Positions 28,982 through 32,000 of a stretch of 32,000 bases of DNA are shown piece after piece. The translations under genes and the position numbers were made by a program. The stretch comes from Endozoicomonadaceae bacterium (GTDB lineage Bacteria > Pseudomonadota > Gammaproteobacteria > Pseudomonadales > Endozoicomonadaceae), in NCBI GenBank assembly GCA_965224475.1, contig CBDCZK010000006.1:27171-59170 (forward strand). Reading direction: 5' to 3'. Below the pieces are notes generated by a model, which was given only the letters and a program-made list of their open reading frames with translations, had not been told where the DNA came from and made no database searches. Positions within the stretch are counted from its first letter, which is position 1. The number at the start of each line of letters is the position of its first letter.

Positions 28982-31297
28982 TTAGAAAGGGGTACCCAGG
29001 GAGAACTGGAATACCTGTTTCTTGTCCTCACCGCTAGCATTGAGCGCCTTAGCCAAGCTGAATGTCAAAGGCCCCAACGGGGTAATCCAGGTTAATCCCA
29101 CACCCGCACTGTACCTGAGCTCATCAAGTTTTGGCTTGGTACAATCTTTCATTGATGAATGACATTCAGTGTCAAATACATTACCAAAATCAAAGAACAC
29201 ACTGGTTCTCAAGGAACGCTGGTCTTTGACAAAAGGCAGCGGGAACAAAATTTCTGCAGTTCCCTCCATAACAACATTACCACCCATGCTGTTGTAGTCA
29301 CCGCCAGTTTTGTTTTCCTGAGCTTTTGGTCCCAAAGAGTTATCCTTGTAACCACGCACAGACCCAAAGCCGCCAGAATAGAAATTCTCAAAGAATGGCA
29401 TATCACTTGTACTGCCATAAGCACCACCATAACCAAGACGAGTAGCAAAACGGGCAGTCAGCGAGCGGGTTAACGGCTGGAAATACTGGCCGCGGTAGAT
29501 CAGCTTATAAAACGTAGTCGATGACCCTGGGACAGCAGCCTGCAGGGAGACACTCTGGGAGTAGCCCCTGGTCGGCAGTAAACCCCTATTCAACTCAGAT
29601 TCTGACCAACCCAGACTTGCCTTGAAGTTGGTGAAATTATCACCTTCTTTCTTGATGTAATCCGTTATAACAACAGGTGTTGTTGTGCCAGTAGAGATCT
29701 TGGTACCTTCAACCCCCATACTAAAGTTAATGGACTGCGTTTCAGACAGTGGATAGCCAAAGCGCATATCACCACCCCAGGTATCAGCCGCATAACTGGA
29801 TATATCAGAGTCTTTATAGTCGTATGTCCGGTAATACATACCAAAGCCACGACTAACCCCGTCAACAGTATAATAAGGGTTGGTATAGCTGAAATTATAC
29901 AGTTGACTGATATCACTTTTATTCAGCCCGATAGAAACCTTGTTACCTGTGCCCAGGAAGTTACTCTGGCTGATCGAGCCACCAAGCAATAATCCATCAG
30001 ACTGAGAATAACCAATACTGGCTGTAATGCTACCTGAAGGCTGCTCTTCAACCGTATAATTCACATCAATCTGATCACTGGTACCAGGCACTGGTGGCGT
30101 CTCAACATTAACTTCCTTGAAATAGCCAAGACGCTCAAGCCGGACTTTTGACTGCTCAATCTTCTGAGTATTGGCTGAAGCCCCTTCAAGCTGCCTCATT
30201 TCACGACGCAATACCTCATCATCGGTTTTGGTATTACCTGAGAAATTAATGCGGCGAACATAAGCTCGACGGCCAGGATCAACAAAGAACGTTAACGCAA
30301 CCGTTTTATTATCATGATCAGGCTTGGGAATACCTGTAACATTGGCAAAGGTGTAGCCCTCATTACCCAGACGGCGACTCAAGACCTCTTCTGTGGTTGT
30401 AACAACTTTTCTGGAAAAGGTCTGATCCGCTTTTGCCAATAAGAGCTTATACGCTTCATCTTCAGGTATGATCAGATCACCAGCTAACCTTACGTCACTG
30501 ATTGTATATTTATCACCTTCATCAACATTAACGGTAATGTAGACGCTTTCTTTATCCGGGCTGATTGACACCTGTGTTGAGGAAATATTGAAATTAATAT
30601 AACCCCTGTCCAGATAATATGAACGCAGCCTTTCCAGGTCACCAGACAGTTTTTCCCGGGAATACTTGTCGCTTGAACCAAAGAAGGTAAACCAACCACT
30701 CTCCTTGAGTTCAAACAGATCCAGCAATTCAGTCAACGGAAAAACGGTGTTACCGACAACATTAATATGCCTGATTGTGGCAACCTTTCCTTCCTTGATA
30801 TTAATGGCAAGCTTTACCCTGTTTCTTGGCTGGGCTTCCACTTCCGCCTTAATACTGGCACCATAGCGCCCTTGCGCTACATATTGGCGCTCCAATTCAA
30901 GCCGAATAGCTTCCAGCGTTGCTTGCTGGAATATCTCTCCTTCTGCAAGACCGGCTTTTGCCAAACCATCTTTAAGATCATCCGACTTTATCGCCTTGTT
31001 ACCTTTAATAACAATCTCGCTAATAGAAGGCCTTTCAACAACCGTGACAACGAGAACCTTTCCGTCCTGACCCATCTGGATATCCTTGAAATACCCAGTC
31101 CGAAACAGAGCCTTGGCGGCATCAGCAATCTCTTTAGTCTCAACATCGTCGCCTACCTCAATAGGCAATGAATTAAAGACTGTACCAGCTGAAACCCTTT
31201 GCAGGCCATCAATCCGGATGTCAGAAACGACAAATGCCTGGGCGCTTGACACATAGGCCATTGAGCCAATCAGCAGAGACAACAGTGATCGATTCAT
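28982..31297 (-). CDS. bamA: Outer membrane protein assembly factor BamA
   Basis: 771 aa. Signal peptide, five POTRA-like repeats (first: FVVSDIRIDGLQRVS), and a C-terminal beta-barrel ending ...QFSLGTPF (aromatic terminus). Confidence 0.95.
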   Translation of the reverse strand: MNRSLLSLLIGSMAYVSSAQAFVVSDIRIDGLQRVSAGTVFNSLPIEVGDDVETKEIADAAKALFRTGYFKDIQMGQDGKVLVVTVVERPSISEIVIKGNKAIKSDDLKDGLAKAGLAEGEIFQQATLEAIRLELERQYVAQGRYGASIKAEVEAQPRNRVKLAINIKEGKVATIRHINVVGNTVFPLTELLDLFELKESGWFTFFGSSDKYSREKLSGDLERLRSYYLDRGYINFNISSTQVSISPDKESVYITVNVDEGDKYTISDVRLAGDLIIPEDEAYKLLLAKADQTFSRKVVTTTEEVLSRRLGNEGYTFANVTGIPKPDHDNKTVALTFFVDPGRRAYVRRINFSGNTKTDDEVLRREMRQLEGASANTQKIEQSKVRLERLGYFKEVNVETPPVPGTSDQIDVNYTVEEQPSGSITASIGYSQSDGLLLGGSISQSNFLGTGNKVSIGLNKSDISQLYNFSYTNPYYTVDGVSRGFGMYYRTYDYKDSDISSYAADTWGGDMRFGYPLSETQSINFSMGVEGTKISTGTTTPVVITDYIKKEGDNFTNFKASLGWSESELNRGLLPTRGYSQSVSLQAAVPGSSTTFYKLIYRGQYFQPLTRSLTARFATRLGYGGAYGSTSDMPFFENFYSGGFGSVRGYKDNSLGPKAQENKTGGDYNSMGGNVVMEGTAEILFPLPFVKDQRSLRTSVFFDFGNVFDTECHSSMKDCTKPKLDELRYSAGVGLTWITPLGPLTFSLAKALNASGEDKKQVFQFSLGTPF

Positions 31298-31341
31298 GGA
31301 ATCCGTTCTTATCCGTGTTCATCTTTTACCCTGATGCTGTT

Positions 31342-32000
31342 TCAAAATAGCCGGCTAAGATCATTATAAACAGCCAGTATCATGACACACACTACCAGGG
31401 TTACCCCAATTTTAAGGCCCAGCATCTGAACCTTTTCTGACAGGGGTCTTCCCCTGACCAGCTCTACCAGATAGAACAGCAGGTGTCCACCATCCAGTAC
31501 AGGAATAGGCAACAGGTTGAGAACGCCCAGGCTTACGCTAAGCATGCCCAGGAAATACAAAAAGTTCTCAAAACCCGACTGCATTGATGCGCCCGCCACT
31601 TTAGCAATAGTGATAGGGCCACTCAAATTTTTAACAGAGACCAACCCAACCAGCATTTTCCACAACGACTCCATGGTCATTGTGGTCAGTGACCAGGTTG
31701 CTTCGGCCCCCTTAAACAACGCGGTTACCGGGCCAAATTGAATGAGCCGAATCAGGTCTTCAGGCCATGATACAGGCTGAACACCTGCCCCAATATAGCC
31801 AAAATCCCGCCCTTCAATGCTCTTAATGCCTGGCGTCAAACGAATCGATAACAACTGACCATTGCGCAGCACAGAAACATCGAGAGACTCTCCCGGATGA
31901 GCTCTGATCAGATCAACCCAGTGCATCCAGTCTGTTACAGGCTGATCATCAACCTCAATGATCTTATCTCCAGTCCTTATCCCGGCCTGCCAGGCAGCTT
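31342..32000 (-). CDS. rseP: RIP zinc metalloprotease RseP, C-terminal part (5' end beyond the window)
   Basis: PDZ-like segment followed by C-terminal TM helices with LNLLPIPVLDGGH. The frame appears open beyond the track's internal Met at 31926, presumably to the window edge. Conserved position upstream of bamA. Confidence 0.9.
   Translation of the reverse strand, partial: AAWQAGIRTGDKIIEVDDQPVTDWMHWVDLIRAHPGESLDVSVLRNGQLLSIRLTPGIKSIEGRDFGYIGAGVQPVSWPEDLIRLIQFGPVTALFKGAEATWSLTTMTMESLWKMLVGLVSVKNLSGPITIAKVAGASMQSGFENFLYFLGMLSVSLGVLNLLPIPVLDGGHLLFYLVELVRGRPLSEKVQMLGLKIGVTLVVCVMILAVYNDLSRLF

Overview
The window looks like a gammaproteobacterial chromosome segment. It has a conserved housekeeping backbone interrupted by visibly AT-rich accessory insertions. 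AT-richness was judged by eye; GC content was not computed. Backbone, minus strand: nfo, and the classic envelope/replication cluster rseP(partial)-bamA-skp-lpxD-fabZ-lpxA-lpxB-rnhB, followed by dnaE. Backbone, plus strand: a PhoP/PhoQ-like two-component pair, uppS, and cydA-cydB plus a small cydX missing from the ORF track. A YgjK-like GH63 glycosidase lipoprotein lies on the minus strand. Accessory island 1 (~1110-6900) holds a 121-aa orphan ORF, an ISKra4/IS4-like transposase split at an A7 run, and an 882-aa signal-peptide-bearing modular protein of unknown function. It also holds a perfect 86-bp direct repeat bracketing the IS and the 882-aa gene, and a ~970-bp ORF-free stretch with a 2x111-bp tandem duplication. 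Accessory island 2 (~16800-19460) holds an IS630-family element with clear inverted repeats and TA duplication, also split at an A7 run, inserted exactly on the stop codon of an FkbM-type methyltransferase gene. Three further items are notable: a secreted 185-aa protein made of about ten 11-residue charged repeats after cydABX; an opposite-strand 294-aa membrane-anchored orphan between rnhB and dnaE; and a MITE-like structured repeat at 34-231. No rRNA, tRNA or CRISPR array was seen. Host identity is inference only; an IS-rich marine symbiont type such as Endozoicomonas is a guess.
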